Positions 20,666 through 30,695 of a stretch of 64,000 bases of DNA are shown piece after piece. The notes below the pieces were generated by a model that ran no database searches, was not told the DNA's origin, and saw only the letters and a list, made by a program, of their open reading frames with translations. Source of the stretch: Rhodanobacteraceae bacterium (GTDB taxonomy: Bacteria > Pseudomonadota > Gammaproteobacteria > Xanthomonadales > SZUA-5); contig JANNYA010000215.1 in NCBI GenBank assembly GCA_031409855.1, positions 10,260 to 74,259 on the forward strand, given 5' to 3'. The translations under genes were made by a program, and so were the position numbers. The number at the start of each line of letters is the position of its first letter. Position 1 is the stretch's first letter.

Positions 20666-22891
20666 TTAGAATTCCAAGCCGATTTGCATCAGGATTTGTC
20701 TGGGCGCGCCTAAGTAAATGCTACCGCCGCCGGTATCGGTGATCACGCCACCAATGGCACCGGTGTAGTGCTCTTTGTCAAAAGCGTTCTTGACGTTTAG
20801 GCGTACGGTGGCCAAACCTGCACCGGTTTGCCAGCGATAAGCCGCGTAAACATCCGCCACGGTGTAAGCATCCAGCAAAAAGGTATTGACGTTATCAACC
20901 GGGCGCTCGCCCACGTAGCGCGCGCCGCCGCCAAAACTCCACTGCCCACCAGCATCAGGGCTGCCAGCGCGATATGTTAAAAACACACTGCCAATATTTC
21001 GCGCGGAATTTTGCAGGCGCTTGCCCTCAGTGGTGATTTGATCACGCAGCGTTTTGGCATCGGTATTGGCATAGGTGGCGCTTAAATCAAGCGACTGCGA
21101 CAGCTTACCGCTTAAGTCAATCTCAAACCCTCGTGAGCGCGCTTTCCCGGCGGTTCGACTCACCCCGCCGACATTGACTAGGATGTTTTCCCGATCGATA
21201 TTAAAAACCGCCATGGTCGCGGCGATGCCGTTATCTAAATCGAGCTTGCTGCCGATCTCATAAATGACGCCCTCTTCAGGGTCAAGCGGCCCGACGATAT
21301 CGGCATTGAACACATTGGGAACAAACGACTCACTGAAATTGGCATACCAAGCGAGCCAGCTCCGCGGTCGATAAACCACGCCCACGCGCGGCAGCACCAC
21401 ATCGTGCTTTGAGTTATTGGTTACGACGTCCACCGGAACGGACAGACGAAGGTTGCGCGAGGTGGCAAACTGCTCGCTTTCCTGATAGCGCAGCCCGAGC
21501 AGCACAATCCACCGCTCGCCGATGCGCATGGAATCTTGCAAAAATAGCGAGGCGTTATCGATTTCGCTTTGCGTGCGCTGCCAAGCAAAGGTATTGGCAG
21601 CTGTGACCGTGGTGGGCGGCTGTAGCACTCTATAAATGGGGTTAAAGACATTGAAGCCCACCACCAGAGGTTGCCTGAAAAAGCTAGGATCTACAGAATC
21701 CAACAGTTCAGCGTCGATACCAAACAACACATCGTGCTCGATAGAACCAAGTTTAAATGCGCCTTGCAGATCCAGCGTGGCGTAACGATTGTCGCGCTCC
21801 CGGTTATCAACGCCCTGCACTGTGCGTCGCACATCACCAGTGGCGCTGATTCCCGGAATACCAACCATTGCGCGCCGATCCGAATTGACCTCATTGCTCC
21901 AACCGAGAATCCCGCGCAGCTTCCAACGATCCGAGAGCTGATATTGCGCCTGCGCGTTGGCGTATTTGGAGATACCGTTCATTTTTTCAAACGGCTCGCC
22001 AAAGCGCCGCTCGTAGGGCACGTCGACCGGCGCGCCGTTTCGAAAAATAGTGCCGCGATCAAAAGGCACGTCGAAATCCAAATACTCCATATTGACGTTG
22101 AGCAGCAAGCGCTCGCCGGTCCAGGCAAAGGATGGGGCAATAAGAGTTCGCTGATACTCGCCAAAATTACGCCAGTAATCTGAGTCTTCCCGCTCCGCTA
22201 AAAAACGAAAGCCCGCTTGGTCACTCAGCGGTGTCGAGACATCGAACCAGACCGATCCACCGCCAAAACTGTTGCCGATCAGATTGACCTCCGCACGGCG
22301 CTCCGGGAGGGGTTTTTTGCTGATGACGTTTACAACGGCACCTGGGTTTTGAATGCCGTAAAGCAGGGATGAAGGCCCCTTAATCACTTCGACACGTTCG
22401 CTTGTGATGCTGAAGTTACGTGAGGTTTGCGATCGCGCGCCATCTCTGAGCAGCCCGGAGCTCTGGCCGAAAAAACCACCGCCAAAACCGCGAATAAAAA
22501 GGCTGTCGGCCGTGTGGCCGAAGTTGTTGCCCATAGTAATACCGCTAACGTTTTTCACCGCATCATCCAATGATCGCGCCTGCTGGTCGATCAACAGCTG
22601 TGGCAACACCACGAGCACCACCTGCGGAATGTCCATGACCTCTGCATCGGTTCTGGTCGCCGTGGATGCGCGTGACGCTTTGTACCCCGATTCGCGCTCG
22701 CCTTTGACCAAAATTTCCGGCAATTTTTTAGCTTGCGCTCGGGATGTGTCTGCCGCTTCAGGCCCAGCGCTGTGTGCAACGGACGCAAGCGCAAACAAGA
22801 CTGCGACGCTCACAGCGCGCAAGCGAAGTCTTGCAAGGCGATCCATTGGATTTTTGTATCGCGTCAAGACGGCAACTTCAATTTTTGGCAT
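20666..22891 (-). CDS. TonB-dependent siderophore-type receptor
   Basis: TATRTD, IPQ, ERVEVIKGPSSLLYG, LNVKNAFDK, C-terminal Phe. Confidence 0.93.
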   Translation of the reverse strand: MPKIEVAVLTRYKNPMDRLARLRLRAVSVAVLFALASVAHSAGPEAADTSRAQAKKLPEILVKGERESGYKASRASTATRTDAEVMDIPQVVLVVLPQLLIDQQARSLDDAVKNVSGITMGNNFGHTADSLFIRGFGGGFFGQSSGLLRDGARSQTSRNFSITSERVEVIKGPSSLLYGIQNPGAVVNVISKKPLPERRAEVNLIGNSFGGGSVWFDVSTPLSDQAGFRFLAEREDSDYWRNFGEYQRTLIAPSFAWTGERLLLNVNMEYLDFDVPFDRGTIFRNGAPVDVPYERRFGEPFEKMNGISKYANAQAQYQLSDRWKLRGILGWSNEVNSDRRAMVGIPGISATGDVRRTVQGVDNRERDNRYATLDLQGAFKLGSIEHDVLFGIDAELLDSVDPSFFRQPLVVGFNVFNPIYRVLQPPTTVTAANTFAWQRTQSEIDNASLFLQDSMRIGERWIVLLGLRYQESEQFATSRNLRLSVPVDVVTNNSKHDVVLPRVGVVYRPRSWLAWYANFSESFVPNVFNADIVGPLDPEEGVIYEIGSKLDLDNGIAATMAVFNIDRENILVNVGGVSRTAGKARSRGFEIDLSGKLSQSLDLSATYANTDAKTLRDQITTEGKRLQNSARNIGSVFLTYRAGSPDAGGQWSFGGGARYVGERPVDNVNTFLLDAYTVADVYAAYRWQTGAGLATVRLNVKNAFDKEHYTGAIGGVITDTGGGSIYLGAPRQILMQIGLEF

Positions 22892-22915
22892 TTAGAGAGC
22901 CTTAGGGAGCTAGAT

Positions 22916-22941
22916 CGTAATCTTATTACGAATGATTCGTA
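22916..22941. promoter_or_regulatory. Fur-box-like overlapping palindromes upstream of the TonB receptor
   Basis: CGTAAT-CTT-ATTACG (22916-22930) and the 7-1-7 repeat TACGAAT-G-ATTCGTA (22927-22941) containing AATGATT. Confidence 0.55.
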
Positions 22942-23227
22942 TCCGCAAACACATGGCTCGCTGCCCCCAAACCGCTTTACCACGCATGCTGCCTCAATCA
23001 GGCCGGGCGCGTTTTTGGGTCAGCATTACCACACCCCCAGAGCACCGGGCATCCAGTGCGCCAAGCGTAGCTGTCGCACCTCTACTCGAAGGGCATATCG
23101 ACGCTAGGGCACGGAAAGAGGTAGGTGAAAAAAACATCCCAATGTCGTCCTAAACCTCTTTCAGAATTCGCGCAAAACCAATGTGAATTCGCGATTTACT
23201 ATGAATTTGGTGACCTCGAGTCGGCAA

Positions 23228-24421
23228 TCAATCCCGCAAAAGCAAGGCCTGACGCCAGGCCTGCGCAGCACCAAGGTGATCGCCCGTCGCCAACAGTAAT
23301 TCGCCTTGCTCACGAAATCCTGGGGAGGAAGGCGCAAGCGCCAAACTGCGTGTCAAGTACTGACTGGCTTTGGCCGACAACGCCTGTTTCCGACTCAGTT
23401 TTGCGGCGGCTAGCAGCGCCGCAGGTGATTCCGAAGGTGCGGTTTTTTCTAGGGACTTCTCGACAAATTTTAGCGCCGCCAAGGTGTCGCTCTCACTTAG
23501 CTTGTCGGCCAACTCAGCGTACTCTTGCCAGAGTACCTCGCTTGGCGTGCGCTTCAGTGCCGCCTGCAAACTTAGCACGGCAACATCGAGCATCCCAAGT
23601 CGCACCGCGCTACTGACGTAGGTGGCTAAAACATCTTGTTGTTCGCGTTCGGTCTCACTGAGTAAATCCCAAACCTCAGTAAGTGCCGTTGCAGTACACG
23701 CCTGCTTCAATGCCAGGCGCACCATCGCTGCCCAATCGATTGCCGCAGAATTGCTAACGCCAAAGCTGGCATTGGTTTGGTTCGCGCCGCGCCCGTGTTT
23801 GCCTAATTTACTCAACACATCTAAGGCTTCACGCGCACGACCGCGCGCACTTAATTGCCGCGCCAATAGCTCCGCTGGCAGCGGGTGTTCGGCGCTTTCG
23901 CTCATGTGCGCAAGGATATCGAGCTGCGATAAATCACCTTGCTCTAGCCGCAACTGAATCGCCAATACTTCAGCGGCTGTTTTGACTTCCGGAAAACGCT
24001 GGGCACGTTCAGCCAAAGCCAGCGCACCCACTTGATCGCCCAACTGCGCCGCCGCATTCGCCGCGTTAAGCAATGCCAGCGGCGCATTTTCAGCAATCGC
24101 ACTTGCCGCTACTAGCCGCCGCTTAGCCTTGGCATACCGCCCACCCGCCAAGTCTTCAAGCCCTTGATGAAACTGTAAACGCAAGTTTTGTCGCCGTCGC
24201 CCAAGCAGCCGCTTCGGCAAGCGCCAAAGTAACCAATAGCTCAGCGCTGAAAGCAAAACCAAGAGTACCGCCAGTACCAAAGCCAGTACCAAAGTAGTAT
24301 CAATTTGCCAGCCCCAGGCACGCACGCTCAAGCGCCCGGGGTCGCGCGCGAGTAACCAGCCGGCAAACGCTAGTGGCACCGTCAGCGCTAGCGTCAACAA
24401 CCATTTCAGCAACACCATCAT
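23228..24421 (-). CDS. hemY: HemY-like N-terminal domain/TPR membrane protein
   Basis: DPGRLSVRAWGWQIDTTL, GRYAKAKR, helical repeats; follows hemX. Confidence 0.75.
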   Translation of the reverse strand: MMVLLKWLLTLALTVPLAFAGWLLARDPGRLSVRAWGWQIDTTLVLALVLAVLLVLLSALSYWLLWRLPKRLLGRRRQNLRLQFHQGLEDLAGGRYAKAKRRLVAASAIAENAPLALLNAANAAAQLGDQVGALALAERAQRFPEVKTAAEVLAIQLRLEQGDLSQLDILAHMSESAEHPLPAELLARQLSARGRAREALDVLSKLGKHGRGANQTNASFGVSNSAAIDWAAMVRLALKQACTATALTEVWDLLSETEREQQDVLATYVSSAVRLGMLDVAVLSLQAALKRTPSEVLWQEYAELADKLSESDTLAALKFVEKSLEKTAPSESPAALLAAAKLSRKQALSAKASQYLTRSLALAPSSPGFREQGELLLATGDHLGAAQAWRQALLLRD

Positions 24422-25551
24422 TGCGGTGGGATCGCAGATTCGCTTGGCGCGGGCTCGACTGGCGCGGATTCGACCGGTGCTGACGCAGTCGGCGCACTCG
24501 GAATATCCCCGCCGGGGACTTCAGTTGCATCGAATGCTGCACTCGCTTCAGTTTCTGGCGCAAGCACTGCCCCCTCGCGCAAGCGGCGCAATGCCCGCAA
24601 AGTTGCACCTAGCTTTGGTGGCTCAGGCGCCAGTGCGGTCTTTGCCAGCGCGCGCAAGCGGCTTAAAAAACTCTCGACTGAGGGTTCGTCAGACTTCAAA
24701 CCGCGCTCCGCCATGGCAACGGCTGTTTCCAGGGCGTTTTGCCACGATTGCGCTTGCTGACGTTCCAACGCCAATTGCGCGCGCTCAAATTCGAGACTTA
24801 AACCCTCACGTACCGCCCAAGGCGAGCGTCCAAGCACCGGCATGGCTTCACCTTCACGCCGCACCACTAAATATCGATCCAATGCCAGCCAAAGCCGGCT
24901 GCGCGTGGCGTTGGGCGCCTCGGTCAAAATTGCCAGGCTCGGCAGCTCTTGGATGAGTGCACGCAGTCGGCCACTCAACGCGGGTACGTCATTCATTGGC
25001 GCTGCACGCACGACGTCGAGTTCAATGGAAAGTGTTTGACGCACGTTAGCCAGTGCGGGGTCGCTAATGCCGGCCAATAAATTGTCGGTCAGTTCCAGCG
25101 CCCTAATCGCACTCACCGGGTCGCTAAACAAATCCAACCGCGTTTCGGCTAGGCTCAGCAAATATTGTGCCTCGTCTAACTTAAAACTTTCTGCGTTCGG
25201 GGTCGCGTCGCGCCGCAAACCGGCAACGGTGTCTTCAAGCAAATCCATGCGTTGACTGAGCGCCAAGGCCTGCTCGCGCAGCACCCGGTTAATCTGCTGT
25301 GCATCGTCCAAGCGTGCCTCCAAGGCTGAAGCATCAAAGGCCGACGTGCTGGCCCCAGGCAGAGGCGAGCTTGCGCGCGCGTCGGTTTCAGGGTTCGCTA
25401 GCCCTTCTTGACGCGTGAATAGCCACGCCAAAGTTATGCCCAGCAGGAACAATGCACCAAATGCGTACAGTACGGTTTTAACTCGGCTTGTTTTTGGCGC
25501 GTTCGTGATTGCGCGCGCGTCCAGCTCAGGATTTTTATCGCTCATTTGCAT
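24418..25551 (-). CDS. hemX: HemX family protein
   Basis: TM anchor, coiled coil, EAQYLLSLAETRL...D...AIRALE; position between hemD and hemY. Confidence 0.75.
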   Translation of the reverse strand: MQMSDKNPELDARAITNAPKTSRVKTVLYAFGALFLLGITLAWLFTRQEGLANPETDARASSPLPGASTSAFDASALEARLDDAQQINRVLREQALALSQRMDLLEDTVAGLRRDATPNAESFKLDEAQYLLSLAETRLDLFSDPVSAIRALELTDNLLAGISDPALANVRQTLSIELDVVRAAPMNDVPALSGRLRALIQELPSLAILTEAPNATRSRLWLALDRYLVVRREGEAMPVLGRSPWAVREGLSLEFERAQLALERQQAQSWQNALETAVAMAERGLKSDEPSVESFLSRLRALAKTALAPEPPKLGATLRALRRLREGAVLAPETEASAAFDATEVPGGDIPSAPTASAPVESAPVEPAPSESAIPPQ

Positions 25552-25608
25552 AAGGCTAACACCGGACTGATGAAAAACTTGCTTAAAAAATCAACACCGC
25601 AAAAATTG

Positions 25609-26370
25609 CTAAGCCAAAATTTGCGCGGCAATCGCTTGGTCACTGGTGCTCTCACACACCTGTGCCGTGCAGCCCAGCGCACGCGCGGCCGCTGCAACGC
25701 GCTCACTTGGGGTCAGTACCTGCACTATTTGATGGCCACGTGCTGCCAGCAAGGCTTCTAAAAATGCCACGCTGCCCACGTAGGCGTGCTGGGCCGCACA
25801 GCATTGCGCTATTTGTTCGGCGTTGAGCTTACTGGCGACGCGGCGATAAATTGGAATGCGCACAACTTGGGCACCGCGCGCGGCAAATGTCGTGGCAAGC
25901 AGCGGCAAGCCATCGGGCGCGGCATAGATCGCGATGCGGCAACCGGCTAATTGCTGTAAATCTGGCGTGTCCAGCAGTGCCTGCGCGCCTTCGCCGTGCG
26001 CTGGCATCAACACCGTTTTTTTGCCTTGGCAAATCAGTACATCCGAGCTGCCTAAGTTCAAAGCCTCTGCGGTGGCCATGCCAACCGCCGCAAAACGTCC
26101 GCTCCACTTGCCGATATCCGGCACCAGCAACCATGCCGCCCGGGCCGCTTGAGGACTAACAAATACGTGCCAATCCGCCGAGCGTGCGCCATCAAGCAGC
26201 GCCAAAAGTGCCACATTAATCGGTTCTGGCTGGCTTTGCACAAGGGCGCAATGCACCAATTGCATTCCTTGCAGTGTTGCGGCGGTTTGCAACGCCACGC
26301 TGGGTGGTGCAGTTCGCGCCAACAGGAATAGTGGCTTTGACATTGCAAAAAACGGCTCGGGAATGCTCAT
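25609..26370 (-). CDS. hemD: Uroporphyrinogen-III synthase
   Basis: FVSPQAA, FAAVGMATAEAL, RGAQV..IPIYRR, PSERVA. Confidence 0.8.
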   Translation of the reverse strand: MSIPEPFFAMSKPLFLLARTAPPSVALQTAATLQGMQLVHCALVQSQPEPINVALLALLDGARSADWHVFVSPQAARAAWLLVPDIGKWSGRFAAVGMATAEALNLGSSDVLICQGKKTVLMPAHGEGAQALLDTPDLQQLAGCRIAIYAAPDGLPLLATTFAARGAQVVRIPIYRRVASKLNAEQIAQCCAAQHAYVGSVAFLEALLAARGHQIVQVLTPSERVAAAARALGCTAQVCESTSDQAIAAQILA

Positions 26371-27875
26371 GGGCGATTGTGCCCAAGTTCCCGCGTCAAA
26401 TTCGCATTCGCGCGTGACAAATCACTGCGCCACGGATCCAATGCCACCGCTTGCTGAAGTTCTACGCGGGCAAGTTCGCCTGCATTGCCCACAATGGCAG
26501 CGCGCGCACGCTCAAAATACTCAATTGCACGCTCTGGCCGGCGCCAGGGCGCAAAGTCATCAAGCACAACAAACTCTTTTGGCGCATAGCTAAGTATTGT
26601 AAAAGCCGCAAGTAGCCCGGCGACAATCCAGACCCAAGCACCATTTTTTCGCGCTGGCGCAGCTAATAACGGAATTTCTGGCACAACCATTGCGCCCAAT
26701 AACAGCGCGCAAAGCGCCTTTTCTGCACTCAGCGCAAAACCAAACTGCCATGTAATCAGCGCCGCAATCAAGGCATAAACGATGCCTTTGCCAGCCGGGT
26801 CGCGGTCAAGCCAAACCGCCGTGATCAGCCAAAGCCAACTCATCACACCCACCAAACCAATACTTAAATAACCATCCAACAACATTTGATGCACGCGATC
26901 TGGCATTTCACCTGGAACTCTGTGTGCAAGATTTTGCTCAAGTATCACAACTTGCAAATCCGGCCCGGTGCCGAACCAAAAGCGCGCAGCAGGATAAGGA
27001 TCAGCGCGCCCCAAACCATCCACGTGCGTGATTTTTGCGGAGCGCAATGCCGCGCCAGCAAGTTCAATGCGCGCCTGCACGGATTCAGCGCGCACGCTCA
27101 AAAGCGCCAGTGCAACGGGCACAAACGCGGTCAATCCAATGAATAGAACTCGTTTTTTTAGCCGCAGCTGCAACAAGGCCACGATTACCAGCGCCATCCA
27201 AGCCGCTCGCGTGCCCGAGGCCAGCACGCCACACGCACCGAAAAATAAGGCGCATTCGATTAGGCGCAAAGATCGTGCGCTGCGCCCGGCTTGCACCGAT
27301 TGAAAGCGCGAAAAAAATAGGAAAACGAGTGCAATCGCCAACCACCCGCCCAGCGCCATTGGGTTGCCAAAACTCGCAAACGCGCGCCAGCCAAATGCGT
27401 CCTGCCAACCCGAATCGGTCATGCCCAGCAGGGCAAAGAGCTGTGCCTCAAAGCTGAAAAATTGCGCAAGCGCCCAAACACCACTGACGATAGTCGCGAC
27501 ACTGACGGGTGTAACAAGTAGCGCGGCCGGCACCCGCGCCAAAGCAAAAATTGTGCAGCACAACAGTACAAACGCCCCCTGCGAGCGCTCGAAACTACCG
27601 ATCAAGGCGCGCGTCGGGTCAAGCGCAAAAAACACGCTTGCCGCGAGTGTAAGCAGCCAAATCAGCGTCGCTATCCGTAGTTTTCTGGGTAGCGTGGGCC
27701 AAATCGACAGCGCGCGCGGCAGCAACATTGCGGCAGCAAGGCTCAAACAAAGCACCTTAGGCCGCTCAAAATCACGACCGAAACCAAAGGCCAATACCGA
27801 ACCAACGATCGCAAGCCAAACCGCCGCCGTTAGAAACACTAAGCTGAATCGTCTTGCCACGGTAAGACTCTCCAT
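26367..27875 (-). CDS. O-antigen ligase-like (Wzy_C/WaaL-PglL) membrane protein with a C-terminal TPR-like helix
   Basis: Multi-TM; RAFASFGNPMALGG, SGTRAAW, WFGTG, DRVHQ. Confidence 0.7.
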   Translation of the reverse strand: MESLTVARRFSLVFLTAAVWLAIVGSVLAFGFGRDFERPKVLCLSLAAAMLLPRALSIWPTLPRKLRIATLIWLLTLAASVFFALDPTRALIGSFERSQGAFVLLCCTIFALARVPAALLVTPVSVATIVSGVWALAQFFSFEAQLFALLGMTDSGWQDAFGWRAFASFGNPMALGGWLAIALVFLFFSRFQSVQAGRSARSLRLIECALFFGACGVLASGTRAAWMALVIVALLQLRLKKRVLFIGLTAFVPVALALLSVRAESVQARIELAGAALRSAKITHVDGLGRADPYPAARFWFGTGPDLQVVILEQNLAHRVPGEMPDRVHQMLLDGYLSIGLVGVMSWLWLITAVWLDRDPAGKGIVYALIAALITWQFGFALSAEKALCALLLGAMVVPEIPLLAAPARKNGAWVWIVAGLLAAFTILSYAPKEFVVLDDFAPWRRPERAIEYFERARAAIVGNAGELARVELQQAVALDPWRSDLSRANANLTRELGHNRP

Positions 27876-27937
27876 GATTTTCCATGCCATAATCACCGGC
27901 TTAATGAACTGACGCGTTTTTGCAAAAACTGACATTT

Positions 27938-29005
27938 ATGGCGCAATTTAAACCTTCTTGGTTACTTTATGGGGCAACAGGCTATACCGGCGCACTGATT
28001 GCAGAAATGGCTAAGGCGCGCGGTGCAGAACCCATTTTGGCAGGCCGCAACGCGGATAAGCTAAAAACATTGGCTGAAAAGTTGGGCTTAAAATTCCGCG
28101 CTTTCAATATCGAAGACCGCAATGCACTAGATAAGGGCATGCAGGGCATCAAGTTAATGCTGAACTGCGCCGGGCCGTTCACGCAAACCGCAGTACCACT
28201 CGCGCAAGCCGCGATCAGAAACGGCGTGCAATATTTGGACATCGCTGGCGAAGTTCACCCAATTCGCGCGCTACAGCGGCTCGACGAACGCGCCAAAGAA
28301 GATGACGTGATGCTGCTTCCAGGCGTGGCTTTCGGCTGCATGCCAAGCGAAGCCTTGCTAGCTTTCATCAAGACGCAACGTCCAGGTTTGGTGCGTGCCC
28401 AAGTCGCGTTCGCTGTCGATGGCGCTGTCTCAAAAGGCACCATTCAAGCGATGTTCGAATGCGTACACATGCCCGGCTACACGCGCGACCGCGGCCAATT
28501 AGTCGCAGCCAAGCCCGGTGAAACTAAACTTAGTGTCGATTTTGGCCCCGGCGGCAAGCGCACCTGCGTCACCAACCCATGGCGCGGCGACCTATTGACC
28601 GCTGGGCACGGCTTAGGCATTGCGCATTTGGAAACCTACACGCACTTTCCTTGGTATGTTGGCGATCTATTCCGTAAGCCAGAAATTGCGCAAGGCAAAG
28701 GCCTGCTGGGCAAATTGGCCACCTTTGCCTTAAGCAAAATGGCCGAGGGCCCCAGCCCAGCAAAGCGCGCGAAAAGCAAAAGCTACATTTGGGCAGAAGG
28801 TATTGATGAAGATGGCCGCAAAGCCGGTGGCGTCATCACCGGCCCAGACGCCTATGAAATCACGGCGCAGTGCGCACTTTATGCGGTCGAGCAAGTTTTA
28901 AAAGGCAAATACAGGGGCGGCTTTGTAACCTGTGGCGAATTATTCGGCGCCGATCCACTCAAAGCGATACCGGGGATAAACTTCACCCCGACGGTTGAAG
29001 TTTGA
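27938..29005 (+). CDS. Saccharopine dehydrogenase-like NAD(P)-binding oxidoreductase
   Basis: LYGATGYTG, LAGRN, NCAGPF, YLDIAGE. Confidence 0.85.
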   Translation: MAQFKPSWLLYGATGYTGALIAEMAKARGAEPILAGRNADKLKTLAEKLGLKFRAFNIEDRNALDKGMQGIKLMLNCAGPFTQTAVPLAQAAIRNGVQYLDIAGEVHPIRALQRLDERAKEDDVMLLPGVAFGCMPSEALLAFIKTQRPGLVRAQVAFAVDGAVSKGTIQAMFECVHMPGYTRDRGQLVAAKPGETKLSVDFGPGGKRTCVTNPWRGDLLTAGHGLGIAHLETYTHFPWYVGDLFRKPEIAQGKGLLGKLATFALSKMAEGPSPAKRAKSKSYIWAEGIDEDGRKAGGVITGPDAYEITAQCALYAVEQVLKGKYRGGFVTCGELFGADPLKAIPGINFTPTVEV

Positions 29006-29056
29006 ACATTTAATCGCAGCGCTAAGCTGTGCCACAATCACCCCGCTTCTTATGCA

Positions 29057-29133
29057 GGGCCTATAGCTCAATTGGTTAGAGCGCCGGACTCATAATCCGT
29101 CGGTTCTCGGTTCAAGTCCGAGTGGGCCCACCA
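29057..29133 (+). tRNA. tRNA with CAT anticodon, likely tRNA-Ile2 (lysidine) rather than Met; ICE integration site
   Basis: GGGCCTATAGCTCAATTGGTTAGAGC...CTCATAA...GGTTCAAGTCC...TGGGCCCACCA; 77-nt cloverleaf with CCA. The GGGCCTA acceptor stem resembles proteobacterial Ile2 tRNAs. Confidence 0.95.
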
Positions 29134-29419
29134 TTTTTACTGCAAAAGTTTCCCTGACTCCCGTAGGCTGTGCAAGGCCGTGCACATTGTCAAGTTTTAT
29201 TTCAAAATTAATTTGTAACGATAGTTCGGCCCATTTGGTAAACGTCATCTGTTGGAATTTCGTATCACGAAGCTCAAAAACGTTTAATTAGGCGTAACAA
29301 CTGCGCTTTTGATGCGCAATTAGTGGTCACACACGCAATTCACTGCGACGAGGCGGTCACGGCATCTGGCGTATTGGGTGGATGAAATAGCTGCTCGCCA
29401 ATGAATTGAGCAGAAGTAG

Positions 29420-30361
29420 CTAAAGCCGCGCGTGCCGAAAAATGTCGCCGTCCCGTTCCACTTGTTTGTTCAATGCGGCAGTTGTCACGCCCAAATCCGG
29501 CCAAACGTAGCGCATGGTCGTGAGGATCGAGGTATGACCAAGGAGTTCTTGCACGTGGCGCAGGTCTAAACCGTTACGCAGTAGCATGGTGGCCGCGCGA
29601 TGGCGTAATCGGTGCGCTGAGATCCGCGTGCCGCTGTCGCGTGCGAGTCGAGTGAAAAAGTCCGTTACGCAGTCGTGCGTCAGCGAACGCGGCTGCTGAA
29701 CGCCGGAAAGGTGCAGGTGCAGATTGAATACTTGCGATTTCTCAAACTCAATATCTGTGCCGGCCCAAGCGCCGCGCGATACTCGGCGGAACTCAATAAG
29801 CATTGGACAAAGGAGGCTGCAAACAGGGGCCTCGTATTCGCGCGCTGACTTACTGGTTTCACCGCGCAAGAGTATTACCGGTACCTCAGAGAGATTGACG
29901 TCGGCCCAGTTGAGTCCGACCAGCTGTGAGCGGCGCATCGCGGTGAGTGCCAGGGTCACCAGCAAGAGTCGCCAAAAGCCATGCGGCTCGAAACGTCCGT
30001 CGCGCATACCGATGGTTTGCAGGGCAAGTTTCATGTCGTAGGAACTGACTAACTTTGGCCGGACGTTTTCGCGCCCGGCGGCCACCGCTTTGAACGGGCA
30101 CGCCTTGATCCAACCGCGCTTTACCGCGTCACCAAACATGGCGCGTAGATGTCGACGGTTGGTATTCCAGGTCACGATCGAGCAGCCGTCCTTCAATGAG
30201 CTATCACGGTATCGGATGACGTGTTCAACGGTCACCTCACTGATTTCGAGCGACCCAATGCGTGTGGTAAAGCTTCGAGCGCGTTGTCGATAGGCTTTTT
30301 GTGTATCCGGTCGCAGCGAGCGCGGACGTAGATACTCTTCGGCGAGGTCAAGCACGTTCAA
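29420..30361 (-). CDS. int: ICE tyrosine recombinase/integrase
   Basis: TAMRRSQL, ETSK, HRLRH, LLGH, TMRY catalytic set; TTG start with GGGAG RBS; adjacent to the tRNA. Confidence 0.93.
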   Translation of the reverse strand: MNVLDLAEEYLRPRSLRPDTQKAYRQRARSFTTRIGSLEISEVTVEHVIRYRDSSLKDGCSIVTWNTNRRHLRAMFGDAVKRGWIKACPFKAVAAGRENVRPKLVSSYDMKLALQTIGMRDGRFEPHGFWRLLLVTLALTAMRRSQLVGLNWADVNLSEVPVILLRGETSKSAREYEAPVCSLLCPMLIEFRRVSRGAWAGTDIEFEKSQVFNLHLHLSGVQQPRSLTHDCVTDFFTRLARDSGTRISAHRLRHRAATMLLRNGLDLRHVQELLGHTSILTTMRYVWPDLGVTTAALNKQVERDGDIFRHARL

Positions 30362-30521
30362 AAGCGGCTCCCAGAAAACGATTGGACGTTCAGTGTGCCA
30401 CTGTGCGACGGAGAGGAATGTTATTTACGCGCCATAGCCGCAATTTTTAACGCGAAAAATGCTCTGCAGAACAGTAATTGCGCGCTATATTGCGCCAATG
30501 GTCGTAATTTCTGGGTGATGC

Positions 30522-30677
30522 ATGGCTATCGATCGGGAGCCCGACAAAATTGACACGATCAGGGACGCACTAGTTGAGGGTGAACATAGTGGTGACCCAA
30601 GGAGTTTCGATCTCGCAGTGTTTAAACAACGTATGCACGTCGCGCATGGCTTGACGTCGGGTGCTATAGACCAGTAA
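30522..30677 (+). CDS. 51-aa ORF resembling the C-terminal half of ParD-type (CC2985-like) antitoxins
   Basis: MAIDREPDKIDTIRDALVEGEHSGDPRSFDLAVFKQRMHVAHGLTSGAIDQ; below the ORF-track length cutoff; may be a pseudogene remnant. Confidence 0.55.
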   Translation: MAIDREPDKIDTIRDALVEGEHSGDPRSFDLAVFKQRMHVAHGLTSGAIDQ

Positions 30678-30695
30678 ACGCGTTGGCAAAATAGC

